Below, piece by piece: positions 1 through 12,073 of a stretch of DNA of 17,291 nt. The DNA comes from Fonticula alba ATCC 38817 (taxonomy: Eukaryota > Protista > Nucleariida): NCBI GenBank assembly GCA_000388065.2, contig KB932209.1. The stretch is one strand, 5' to 3'. A program made the translations under genes and the position numbers. The notes under the pieces are model-generated. The model was not told where the DNA came from, did no database searches, and saw nothing but the letters and a program-made list of their open reading frames with translations. Numbering within the stretch: position 1 is the first letter of the stretch; each line of letters begins with the position of its first letter.

Positions 1-28
<28 letters not shown>
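1..28 (+). repeat. (TC)n microsatellite
   Basis: Perfect TC repeat at the window start. Confidence 0.95.
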
Positions 29-32
<4 letters not shown>

Positions 33-639
33 AGGTGGTTCTTTCGTTCCCCCCTCACCCCGGGAAGTGGGAGAGGTCCTCCTCACCGTTGTTGCCGCGT
101 GTCTCGCAGGAGGAGGCCGACCGACATGAAGGACTGCCAGCCACGCACGGCCCAAAGACCACCCCAATCCACAGCCACATGAATGCACACGCTCACAGAC
201 CCAAATATGTGGCGACGGGCCAAGGAGAAAGCATCCTGCTCAGGCACTGGGGCCATACTGCGCCGGTGGGAGGAAAGGGAGGGGGGGGGGGGGGGAAATA
301 GGGCATGCAGACACATGGATAGCATGTCGAAGGGGGACAAGATGAGGAGGGATGGTGTGTGTATATATATATGATAGAAAAGACATAACAAGGACGGACA
401 GGGGAAAAGAGGGGGCGAGAAAAGAGGGCCAACAGTGGGAGCGGGAATCCGGCACACTTGGAGGGAAGGATGACTCCCTGCCAGAATGCCCGGGGCCTGG
501 GGAGGAGAACCCGGAAAAGAGAGTGGCCCATTCGGCGGACACATGCCTGCAAAGGGGAAAGGCGCAAGAAAATGCCACCAATACACGCCCACATGACGCC
601 TCATGGCCCTGGCGCGGCGCAGCGGACGCGCGCACGGCC

Positions 640-762
640 GACGCACGCACGCACGCGCACACGTGCGGGACGACCCACACATATACACGCGCACACACGC
701 GCACATGTACATACACATGTACCTACACATGTATACACATACACACACACACACATACATAC
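640..762 (+). repeat. Mixed ACGC/AC/AT alternating purine-pyrimidine tract downstream of the RhoGEF stop
   Basis: acgcacgcacgc..., cacacatatacacgcgcacacacgcgcacatgtacatacacatgtac..., (CA)n. Confidence 0.85.
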
Positions 763-801
763 TTACATCCATCCATACTAGCAGGAAGATGGCCACGCAT
801 G

Positions 802-3800
802 TCAAAGGTTGCCGGTTTGGCTGCCGAGCTCGATGCGCGCCTGGCGCGTCTGCACGGTGCCCAATTCCTTGGCCGCTTCGCGGGGGAACCACCCGGACAG
901 CAGGGACCCGCGGTGGTTGGCGGACCCGCCGCCGCCGCCGCCGCCGCCGCTTCCAGGGGACAGCACGCGCCCGGGCAGCCAGGCGGCCGAGCGCGAGGCG
1001 CTCGAGTCCTGCAGCTCAAGCAGAGCTCCAGTCTCGAAAGTTAGCTCGGCCCCTGGGGCACCGGCGCCCCGGAGCCCAGGCCGGTGACCATCCGTCGCCC
1101 GGAAGAGCGGCAGCTGGCTGTCGCTGGACAGATCCGGCGAGCCGGGTGGCCGGATGGCCGCCGCACTGGATCCCGGCGCCACGGACACCGGCCGCGAGGC
1201 AGGGACATTCAGCGAGCCCGGCTTGGCCGGCACCGGGGGCGGGGATCCGGCCGGGGCAGACGCCGCCGCGGTTTCCATCACCCCACGGAAGGGGCCCCCA
1301 TAGGAGGACAATGGCCGCGGGGAGGCCGGCGATGAGGCGCTCTCGTTGCCGGCCACCGCGGCCGAGCTGCCCCAAGTGCTGGACATCGGTCGCGTCAGGG
1401 GGGTGCCGCCCGCCGCCGCACCGATGGCGGGCCCGCCAGCCGGGCGCCGGGGAACCACAGCCGGCGGCCCGGCATTGTTGGTGCCGCTCACCAGACGATC
1501 TACCCCGGCAAAGGTGCCGCCACTGGGCGACACCGAATGCAAGGACTCGCGCTTGACACCCATCACCGTGGGCGAGGATGCCGGCTGCTGCCCGACGGAG
1601 GGGGTGCTGACCACCGGACGAGGGGCCGGAGTCGGTGGGGTGGGCTTCTTCGGGGGAACCGGGCGCACTGGCACGGGCCCGGGCGCAACGGCGGGCGAGG
1701 AAACCGGCACGGGAGCCGGGGCCGGGCCCGGGCCCGGGGGCCCCGTGCGCACCGGCGTCCGGGGGGGGATGTCCGGCAGCGGCCGACCCCCCGGGCCCGG
1801 CGTAGGAGTGGTATCCACGTGCAATGCCCCGGCGCTGGAGGATCCGGGGACCGGCGGCGGCGGGCCCTTCCGCGCGGCGGCCGGCGTGGTGCCCGTGGTC
1901 CCGGCCGCCTCAGCCGAGGAGGCTCCCTCATCGGCCGAGGGCTTGACCGAGGCCGGCGGCGGCACCGGCGCCAAAGAAGATGCCACCCGGGGGGCCGGCG
2001 TCGGGGGCAGACTCCGCAGCCGGGGCGGGGCATCGGGCGGTGACGAGCCCAGGGGCGAGGAGGGCGACCGCGGGGGAATCGGCGGGGCGGCGACCGCCAG
2101 CGGGGTCGTGGCGGCCGGGCCGGAGCCTGCTCCAGGCGCGGTAGCGACGGTGGCCGTGGTGGCCGCGGTGGCCGTGGTGGCCGCGGTGGCCGTGGCGGCA
2201 TTGCTCGAGGCCGCGGCCAGCGCATCCGACGAGGTGGAGATCGAGGGCAAGTCCGACGAAGACCCAGACAGGGGCTTGCCCGATCGGGGGTCCTTCAGCA
2301 CGCGTGTCGAGGCCGAGCGACCGAAGAACCCACGCAGCCGGCTGGATGTGGAGGGGGTGCGCTCCGGCAGCCCTGGGCTGCTGAGGCTCGGGGAGATGCT
2401 GGAGTGCGAGGAGGCCGAGGCGGAGCGTGAGTGCGATGACGATGACCCAGCCGAGAGGGACGCCGTCGAATCGGCATCAGCCAGGGAGGACGCGCTCGAT
2501 GGGTCATCCTGGATGCCAGCATCGTCACCATCATCATCGTCATCATCGTCATCGTCATCATCATCGTCCTCGTCCTCAGGCGGGGTCAACTTGCCGGACG
2601 CCGGCAGGTCTTGAGGCTTCTCGGTGCCGGCGGCCTCGGCATCTTCCACTTCGGGAGTCCATTCCGGGGCATCGGTGCTCACGGTGAACATGCTGTAGAA
2701 GCCCTTGGACTGCTTGGAGCTGGGGGATCTGCGAGAGCGCGAGGGGGGGGGAGAGGGGAGGAGGGGAGCATGGGCGGCGGCCGGTGAAGGGTGAGTGGTG
2801 AGCGGCGAACGAGGGAGGGGGGGCATGGCAGGCAGGGGAGACCAGTGTAAACGCACCCGCGCTTCTTCACCAGGTCCGGGCGATCCTTCACCAGGACCTC
2901 GATGGCTCGCTCCAGGTGGGCGCACCACTCCTCGGACGCCCGACAGGAGTCCTTGGCAAACATGGTGTACGTCTTGCTCGGGGTGATCACCTGGAAGGCA
3001 TTCATCAGGGTCTTGTTGGGAGGCAGGCGCCGAACCCAAGCCGTGGACAGGTCGATATGACCGCGGTACTCCACGCGTTGGTCCTCATCCATGATCAAGC
3101 CGCGGATCTTGTCCCGGGTGATGGTCATATTGCCACGCGCATAGAGAAGGATGTCATTGAAGAGGAAGAACCACCTCTTCTGCACGGCCTTGCGGGAAAT
3201 TTTGTGCAACTCACCCACATGCACGAAGTGCCGGCTCGGGATGACCAAATCCCCGGGGAAGCTACCGGAGAGCATGGTGTTGATTTGGTAGACCTGCAGG
3301 AGCATTGTCCCAATCCGGGCCAGTGAAGCATGGGCGTGGGTGTGTGTCGGTGTGAGGGTCCATGTGCATGGGCGCCGGCGTGTGGGCAGCAGAGGCCAAG
3401 GACAGCACAGAGAGCGAGGGAGAAAGCGCAAGGGGGGGGAGGGGGGGGGGGGGGGGTACGCACGCGATGGGCCGCCTCAATGACCTTGAGCCGGGAGTTC
3501 GTGTCATCGGCGATCTTGGAAACCTTCTCCAGGCCCAGGGTAAGGTCCTCGAAGTCCGGATGATCGGGGTCCGTGTACTTAATGACCGCCTCCAGCAGCA
3601 TGCGGTACCGGGGGATGCGCTGAATGGGCAGGATAAAGAAGGACACCAGGGAGAGTCCCTTCATGTCGGGGAGTTTGAGCTGCTCGGTGACGAAGGTCCG
3701 GAAGTCGGGATTCGTCTTGTTAAAGCTGTCCACCATGTTCAAGACGGCCTGGTAGCTGTTGAAATACATCAGGTACATCTGCACACCAGGCAATGGGATG

Positions 3801-4527
3801 CGCCGGGAGACGGGGGGGGGGGGNNNNNNNNNNNNNNNNNNNNNNNNNNNNNNNNNNNNNNNNNNNNNNNNNNNNNNNNNNNNNNNNNNNNNNNNNNNNN
3901 NNNNNNNNNNNNNNNNNNNNNNNNNNNNNNNNNNNNNNNNNNNNNNNNNNNNNNNNNNNNNNNNNNNNNNNNNNNNNNNNNNNNNNNNNNNNNNNNNNNN
4001 NNNNNNNNNNNNNNNNNNNNNNNNNNNNNNNNNNNNNNNNNNNNNNNNNNNNNNNNNNNNNNNNNNNNNNNNNNNNNNNNNNNNNNNNNNNNNNNNNNNN
4101 NNNNNNNNNNNNNNNNNNNNNNNNNNNNNNNNNNNNNNNNNNNNNNNNNNNNNNNNNNNNNNNNNNNNNNNNNNNNNNNNNNNNNNNNNNNNNNGGGGGG
4201 GGGGGGCAGCAGAAGGGATCCATGGTCAGATGGAAGGGCGGCGACACCTGACTGGGGGAGAGCGAGGCAGAAATGCCGGAGGAGGGGGGAGGGGAGGCAA
4301 GGGGCGCAGACAGCCAGACAACGCACGCGCTCAGTGGTAAGGACCTCCATGACAGCATTCCGGCGCTTGGCGGCGCGTGTCTCCTCTGGCGAGAGCGCCG
4401 ACTGTGACGGGGCATCTGACTCGATGTCCAGCGCCTCGGAGCTGCCGTTCAGCGTCGATGGGGCCGGCGTCGGAAGGGACGCCGGGGTATCGACCCGAAC
4501 AATCTTCACAGCCGGGGGGGGAGCCAT
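802..4527 (-). CDS. Dbl-family RhoGEF (DH-PH, FGD-like PH) with acidic/Ser/Pro-rich linker and C-terminal SH3-like domain; spliced, with at least one exon hidden in the N gap
   Basis: Inferred exons: 4527-4327 (ATG...KRRNAVMEVLTTER, DH start), [gap], 3778-3464 (YLMYFNSY...SLVSFFILPIQRIPRYRMLLEAVIKYTDPDHPD, DH core), 3293-2857 (RHFVHVGELHKISRK...RWFFLFNDILLYA...EEWCAHLERAI, PH) and 2728-802 (linker, SH3-like, TGA at 804-802). The visible donors are GTGCGT and the acceptors are CAG. The two fully visible introns are phase-compatible. The ATG at 4527 is tentative because upstream coding exons cannot be excluded. Confidence 0.85.
2519..2577 (-). repeat. Coding (GAT/GAC)n repeat giving a poly-Asp tract in the RhoGEF linker
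   Basis: Translates as EDEDDDDDDDDDDDDDGDD in the RhoGEF frame. Confidence 0.9.
3824..4194. other. Assembly gap (371 N) inside the RhoGEF gene
   Basis: N run flanked by G homopolymers. The N-terminal half of the DH domain, between TTER and MYLMY, is missing and would fit here. Confidence 0.98.
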
Positions 4528-4641
4528 GATGGGATCTATCTGAGTGGGCAATCGGGGCAGGGGTCAGGCGCAGGCGAGGGGAGGGAAGGCAAGGTGAGGG
4601 GCAGCTTGCTATGCTGGCGCATTGGTAGACTGGTACACGCA

Positions 4642-4760
4642 TGTGTGTGTGTGTGTGTGTGCGTGGAGGAGAGGGGGAAGGGGGAGAGAGAGAGAGAGAG
4701 GGAGAGAGAGAAGGAGAGAGAGAGGGAGAGAGAGAGGGAGAGAGAGGGGGGGAGAGAGAG
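4642..4760 (+). repeat. (TG)n followed by an imperfect (GA)n microsatellite upstream of the RhoGEF ATG
   Basis: tgtgtgtgtg... then gagagagaga...; a long CT tract on the RhoGEF sense strand. Confidence 0.9.
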
Positions 4761-7700
4761 GAAGAAGGAGATGGGGGGAACACGCACGAGGGGACGCACG
4801 GGATCGCGCGCGCGCGCGCACTAAGGCTCACACGGAGAGGCGAAGGGAGCAGGGGAGGTCCGGAAGCAGGAGGGGAGGACCGATCGGCGGCGGCGGCAGC
4901 GGCGGCGGCGGCGGCGGCAGCAGCAGCAGCGAGGGAGATGGGACCCCAAACGCAAAAGACGAGGAGCTGCGAGGGCAAGGGCGAGCGAACAACGTGCGAG
5001 GGGAGGAGGCAGGGTGCGAGGCGCGGCGCGAGCGGCGGGGAGGGAGGGGAGGAGGGGGGGGGAGAAAGTATGTTGGCCCAACCGGCGGGGCCGGTCCGGG
5101 AGGAGCCGCGGGGCCCCTTTTGTCGGCGAGCGAGACCGGGCGGAGGAGCGGCCACAGGAGGCATGCAGAGAGAGAGAAAGAGAGGGCGCCTGCCCACTGT
5201 CCCTCGGCGCCCGGCCGCCGACCAAGGATGCCCGGCATGGGTCTAGGCGAGGCCCCGCGCGCGAGAGAGAAAAAAAAACACAGCAACTCCGAGTCAATCA
5301 GCGGGAACAAAGGGCGGGGCATCATCGCCCGTCGTCCGTCCGCCCCCTCCCCCCGTTTCCCGCTCCTGCCCCCCCCCCCCGCCCCCACTCGCGGCGTTGT
5401 GCCCTCCGGCCGATGAAAGTCCAAACAACCTGCGAGCGGGGGGATCGTACCGCGCACGCCAGCCATGGGGCGCGTGCGCGCGCGCCCGGGGGCGAGAGCG
5501 AGAGAGGGAGGGGGGACCAACGGCCCCGGAGCGACCCCGGGGCCTGGCGAACGTGCACCAAAAAAAAAAAGCCTGCCGCCCAACGGCGGTCGCCGTAGCA
5601 AAGGGGGTTGGGCGGACGAGCGAGACGCCGAAGTCCCGGGGCGCGCGGACGACGGCAGCCCCAGCGCAGGCCCCCGCCCGCGCCCCGGAGGCCCGGCAAT
5701 CCCCCGGCCGGGCCTAGGGGCACGGTCGGGGAACGCGGGGACCTCGAGGGGTCGGACGGGCGGGCGTGAACCGGAACGGCGACGGCGCGGTGTCCAGGCG
5801 GGTAGGGGGTCCGCGAGCCCGGCCCCACTTGGCGGGGATCGTGCCAGGGCCAGGCGATCTGTGCACAGGGGTGGCCCGAACATGCCCGGCCCCTCGCCCC
5901 CCCGCCCCCCCCCCCTCTGAGCCCCCCCCCGGGAACGGGGCCCAGGTCCGAAAGCATGGTCGTCTGGGCGCACATTCAGTCCCGGACAGGGGCAGAGAGG
6001 GGGAGAACATGTGCTTCGCCGGACGAAACGTTGTCCCGGCCCATGCCCCAACGCACTTCTCGTCAGTTTCCGAGCAAAAGGCGCGTTTGGTGCGTCTCTC
6101 CGCCGGGCGCCAAAGCGCACGCAGTAGGTGGCCATGCAGGCCGGCCATCCGCCGGGTGTGCGCCAGGCCAGCGGGGAGGCGGGGGGGGGGGGGGGGAGGC
6201 CGGGCCACACCGGCGACCAGTCAGAGGATGCCGGAAGTGATGGTAGCCTGACGCCGGCCGTGTTGGCGTCCGTCCTCCGTCGCGGGGTGGGCGCGCGTCT
6301 GAGCTCGCCTCTTGAGGCGCGCGGGGTATGTGCGCCAGGGCAGGCCGACGGATGAAATGAAAATGCGAAATGCCTGTTGCAGTTGATGGTGTGCGCCGCG
6401 CTCGAACAAGACCGAGCAACGGGGCAGGGGCGCTGGAAACCACGGCGGAGGATGGTTGAGGCAAAAAAAAACAAAAAAAACATCGGACACTATTAACATC
6501 CGAGTGGGGACCCGCCTGAGGTCGGGGCCGTGGTGGGGTGGAAAACGCGGGGGCGCAAGGACCTGGCCGTGACCCGACCACTGGAGAGATCGCCGGCCGC
6601 AGGGGCATCCGCGCCACGGGTACGCACCGGGGCGCGCGGCCACCTATGTGTCCGTGAGTTCGCTAGTGCATGAGCGGCGGGGCCACCGGCGCCGGCACGA
6701 AGACACATGCTGTGATTGTTTGTTGTTGTTTTTTTCCTTTGGCACAATTAGGGATTTTGCGCGCCCGGTCCGACTGCGACCCGGGGCAAGTGAGGAGACC
6801 TGAAGCCGGCCAGTGCGGCGCACGAGATGACACACCTGCCCAAGGCCGCCGCCGCCGCCGCCGCCGCCGCCCCCGGGCCCAGGCCCGCCGAGCTGCAGCC
6901 GGGCCGCCAGGCGCGTGCGCGCGCGCGCGCGCGCCGGCGCGCACGAGCCCGCATCTGTGTGCCCCCTCATTCGGTCTGGGTGTTTGGTTTTGTTGAGATG
7001 CGACACTGTGCGCATGCGTGCTGGGCCAAAATGCATATATTGCCCGGCCATACGGGCCCCCATGTTCCCCGCCGCGGGGAACACCCACCGCCCCGGCTTC
7101 GCGGGAGCGCCTCCACTGCACCTGCCTGCGTGTGAGGCAGAGGGGCCGGCGCGGGGGCGGGGGCCGGGGCCCGGACATTCCTCCCCCACCGACGGGCAGG
7201 GGGGCGGCAGGGCGGGGCTCTCCCATGCGATGGGCCCCGAAGAGATGCACCCGCTGCCGTGCCCCCCCCCCCCCCCCCCCCCGGCCCCTCCAGTGGGTGC
7301 GCACGCCCTCGGGGCACACTTCGAGGGGCGGTTTTTCTCCGGGGGGCGCTTGGCTCTCCTGCCTTGGCACCGGGACGCCGGCCGCGGCCTGACATGCCGG
7401 CATGCGAAAGCTCCCTGCTACAAGGGCCCGTCTCTCGGGCCAGTGGGCCGGCACCGGCACCGGCACCGGCAAATGCAGGTGCCGGCATGGGCCGCGGCAT
7501 TTTCCGCCCGTCCGCGCAGAGGCCCAGGCGGGGGGCAGCAGCGCAGGGGGGAGGGGGGTGGGGGCGCGGGATATGGGGGCCCACCAGGCCCTGCAATGAC
7601 GACCCCCGTACCGGGCTGCCGATGGGGTCCTCACCTCGGCCGAGTGTGCGGGAGAAAGCGTTTAAGCCCCTGAATATCGCCAGCACGACCCCTGAGACAC

Positions 7701-8751
7701 ACTCAGACGGAGATACACACACACACACACACTCACGCACGCGCTCGTGCGCACCTTCGGTCGCTCCCTCACAGCATGCACTCCTGTGAGAGGTCCCCCC
7801 GCCCGCCCTCCCCCCGTGGCTGGTATGCGGGAACTCTCAAGAACGCCTGTTGTCCGCCCGGCCAGGGAATCCCATGCTCGCATTGCGCGGCTGCGCGGCC
7901 CGAGCACGCTAAAAGCCAGCCCGAGAAGAATGCCCGCCCGGGGCAAGAGAGAGGCCCATGGAGGGGGACGCCCATATCCGGCAGCAGGGCAGCGAGCCCG
8001 GCCTGAAGAGAGCGAGGGAGCGGGAAGAGCCCGCCGGAGAACGAGAAAGTGGCCAGACACCCGGGGGCCGAAGCCCCATACCGAGGCGGGGCGGCACAGA
8101 AAACGCGGATGAATGCGAACAAAACGCGATCCCATTTCGGGTGAGAGTCCCTCCCCGGTGGCCTTTCGGAGGGAGGGGAAAGCGAGGAAATACGCCGAGA
8201 ACCCCATGGACCAAGGGACGCCCGGGGCGAAGCGACACACCAGGGCACAAAACTTGACATGCCCAGGCTTACACACGCACGCGCGCGCACCCCTTCTCGT
8301 GCAGACGCGAGCACGCCTCGGAGCCCGAGAATCTTGTCCCAGACATCCTCCCCCCACTCCCTCCGTCCCCCCGAAGACAGTGGCGGGGTGCCAGGAGGCC
8401 GAGAACCAGGGACATGATGGAGTCAGACGTGGGTATACTAATGTGCACCCCCTGCCTGGGGCCCACTGCGGCCAGGAATGGGCCCATCGAAATGGTCCGG
8501 CATGACTTGCACGTGGTGTCGCCATGTCACATGCACGAAATATCCCCCGATCCTACATTTCAGGGGAGAAATAGGTATATTTAAATAATCAAAAGAGGAA
8601 GGACAAGATCGGGGGGAGATGGGGGCGGGGAGGGGGGTCCATACTTCCTCCGTATGGCTGTGCTGGGAGATGCCTCTACCCAACGGGACCGGAAGCGCAG
8701 AGGCAGCAACGGCAGCAACGGCAGCACCACGATGGAGGCATGGGGCCGATT

Positions 8752-11700
8752 TCAGAAAAGCTGCGCGTCCCGCTGCAGCAGGATGGCGTTGATATCCGGC
8801 GAGAGGGGGATGGCATTGATGGCCACGAACGGCACAAGCTGGTTGTGAAGCGACCGGATGTGGCTCAGGTACTGTGGCAGTATGCATAGACATGCCCATC
8901 ATGCATATGGACCACAGCGAGGTTGGAGGAGATGGGGCCATGGGTGTGGTGGGGGCACATACGGGCGCGCGCGCGCGCGTGCGTGTGGTTAGGAAAGATG
9001 GGCCTCACATGGCAGAAGGGCGGCAGCCAAGGAATCGGGCAGTTGGACGCCTGAATTCAGGGAGGGGGGAGCACGCACGCTTTGCAGAGCCGGGTCCGGA
9101 CGCCCGGTCAGCTGGAAGTACTTCTTGGCCAACAGGTTGCTGGTCAGACTAACAAGCGACGGCATGTGACGAGAGATGAAGGGGTTCTTCGAGGCGACGA
9201 GGGCCGCGTCCGAGAGGCGCAGTCGACTGGCCGCATCGGCGGTTGAGTCCTGCGTGGGCAGGGCAATCGGCGAGAATGGCACCGTCTCCAGGAGCCCGAG
9301 CGCCCCATCGAGGTTGCCCTCGCGCTCCAGGTTGAAGACGCTGCTGATGGACACCAGGTGCTGCAAGGTGGCGATGCGGTCGGTGAGCTCCGCGCTGCGG
9401 CTCAGCCGGCTGAGAGTCTCGATGACGCTGCGAACAATCAGACAGGTAGACAGGGGTCAGCCAAAAGAGGGGAGCGGAAAGAGAGAGAGAGAGAGACGCC
9501 GAAGAGGACAGGGGAAGAGAAGAGGAAGGCCACAAATGGCCGCAAAGGACCCGCGACGCACCCTCGCGCCTCGGCCAGAGTCTCCTCGGGCACGGCATTC
9601 AGGTCACCCAGCAGCAGGCACATGAGGTCCACCGTGCGCACGAAGTCCCCGGCAAGATAGGCCAGGCGCACGGCCAGGTCCAGACGGCCCTGAAGCTGGG
9701 CCGTCTGCGACGCGGCCGACGCCAGACGGTACGCCATGACCGCGCGGCTGGGCGCCCCGCCAGTGGTCCCGACCGTCATCGGGTCCAGGAACAGCTCGCC
9801 ATACTTCTCGATGAGGCCGACAGTCCCGCGATCCGGCAGGCCGGCCGGCGCGTCGCCAAGGAACTGCTCGATCAGGTGCGGATGCCGCACCAGCAGCACC
9901 TGCAGGAAGTTCAGGCAGATCTGCTCCTCGCCGGGCCCGGCCCCGGCGGCCAGACGCCCCGGGGCCGCGCGCTCCCCGGTCCCCAGGGAAATGAGCAGCA
10001 GGTAGAAGAACGACAGCTCCGGCAGATCACGGAAGATCCCGCTCGACAGGTACCCCATCAGCATGCCGGCAAAGTCCAGGGCCATCTCGGCCGAGGGGAG
10101 TCGGGCTCCGGCCACGGCCGGGCCGGACCCATTGGTCCTGCCGGCCCCCGGGGCCGGGACCAACACCGACCCGGAGCCCGCCCCGCCGAAGGCCGACGAC
10201 GTGGCTCCGAGCACCGACTGGCCGAGGGCCGCGCTGGCCCACGATGAAGCCAAGGCACCGTGCGCCGGGCTGCCATCGGGCCGATGGGCACCGCCGTCAC
10301 CGGTGGCGGCCGTCGCCGCCGGGGCCCGCTCCAGAAGCCCATGGTACACCAGGCACACGGCCAGATGGAAGGCATCATCCAGGTGCCCGGGCGTGGACCA
10401 CAGGTAGTCCACCGCCTGCGGGAAGAGACCACACAGGAGCAGCACCTGCAGGTAGTTGGTCGGGTTGACGCCGTGGTCGCTGAAATGGTCGGCCCCCACA
10501 CGCAGGACACGCTTTTGCAATGCCGCCAGAGATGGCAAGGCGGTCTCCTTTCGGATCATGGCCAGCTGCAGCCACAGGTAGTCTTCGGTGGTGGCGATGA
10601 CCCCCGGGCTGAGGCTGGTGTCCAGCTGGCAAATCAGCCGGTAAACCGCCGTCCGGAAGACATCGCGCTGGGGCCGGCGGGCGAATTGCTGCTGGGCCAG
10701 CCCCTGCGAGTCGCGCGACAACTGCCGCAGACGCCCGCCAGCGGTCGAGGCGCCTCCGGCCGTCTGCCCGGCAGAATGGATGTACTCGTGGAGGAGCCCG
10801 GCGAACTCCGGCTCCTCGCGGACCAGCGGCGCACAGGCGGGGCTCCGCACATAGGCCTCGGCCAGGTCGAACTTGCCGCACCGCAGCAGGTAGTAGATCT
10901 GCGGCCAGAAGAATTCCCCGCCCTCCTGCTCCAGCGACGGCAGAATCGACACGTCGGTGGCCACCAGCGACCGAACAAACGCCCGGACCAGATGGTCGAA
11001 GCCCAATTCACCCCCGGGCAGGGTCTGCCGGAGGGTCTCATCCAGGCACCGGCGGATGTACTCGCAGTACCTGTGCGCCGCAGGAACGCAGGCGGGAAAT
11101 GCGCGGACAAACGGCGCGCGCGCGCGTAGTCGACCATGGGCGGGTCAGCGGGCGGCTTGGGGAGAGGGGAAAGGGAAAACCAAGAGGGATGGTCAGGGGC
11201 CCAGGACCGAGCGAGCGTACTTCTTCTCCAGGAAGGTCAGAGCAGCCGAGACCAAGTATACCGGCCTGTGTGTGGAGGGCGGAGGGGGGGGGGGGGAGAG
11301 AGAGAGAGAGAGAGACCGTGATAAGGCGTCAGCAAAGTCCGCGCGGCAGCCGGAAAGGGATGGAGGAAGGAGGAAGATGCGGTCAAGGGGCGGCAGTCCC
11401 GGGGAGACATCGAGCGCACGAGAAGATGGAGTAGTCTTTGCCCGCCAGCTCGGGCGGGGCAATCTCCCCGGTCAGGAAGGCCACCAATTCCCAGATGTTG
11501 ACAATGCGGTCGCCCTGGAGCGGGGGGGGGGGGGGGGGGGAAGAGTTTCCGGGAGGGTAAGCATGGGAGCAAGCGAAGGGGAGGCCATGGGGAGGCGCGG
11601 CTCAGCGCACCTTCTCCGACTTCAGGGAGTCGTGCACACTCAGGGCCATGGGGAAGGGGGTCCGCGAGATCCGATGGTTGGTCAGCTGGGTGATGGCACG

Positions 11701-12036
11701 CGAGTAGTGAGTCACCATGCGGAAGCCATTCGGGCCGCCAGGACCGGCTCCGGTGGCGGCCGAACCGCCAGCCACGAAAGCCGACTGCGAGAAGACCCCA
11801 CAAGAGCCGGCCAGCGAGTTGGACAGGTCCCGGGTCAGGTCAGACCCAGTGAGGGACAGTCCTGGGCCAAAGGAGCCGGTGCCAGTCCGGGAGCCGGCAA
11901 CGCGAGCGCCTGGCGCCTCGCTGCCGGTGGCCACAGGCCGGAAGAGCAGCAGCTTGCTGTCGGCCCAGTCTGACATGTGGAAGCGAGATGTCAGGGCAGG
12001 GTGGAAGCTGTAAGAGAAAAGCCATATATATAAATG

Positions 12037-12073
<37 letters not shown>

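Noticed and set aside
2150-2196. 18-nt tandem repeat, along with the short GGCAGCAAC (about 8702-8727) and GGCACC (about 7449-7470) repeats, as a CRISPR-like or functional array
   Set aside because: No spacers. These are ordinary slippage repeats, and the first encodes ATAATT units in the RhoGEF linker.
1346-2614. 422-aa plus-strand ORF and other long antisense ORFs (3362-4543, 10260-11129, 10957-11973, 13657-14673)
   Set aside because: They are shadows of the RhoGEF, NUP93 and LAS1 coding strands in GC-rich, stop-poor DNA, and none shows a domain signature.
5940-6030. GTCC-GAAA...GGACGAAAC resembling a hammerhead ribozyme core
   Set aside because: No CTGANGA box in the required position and the spacing is incompatible.
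4828-6483. 551-aa minus-strand ORF and neighbouring 200-330 aa ORFs up to 8525
   Set aside because: Arg/Pro/Gly/Ala-rich translations that run through microsatellites and homopolymers, often from non-ATG starts, with no family motif.
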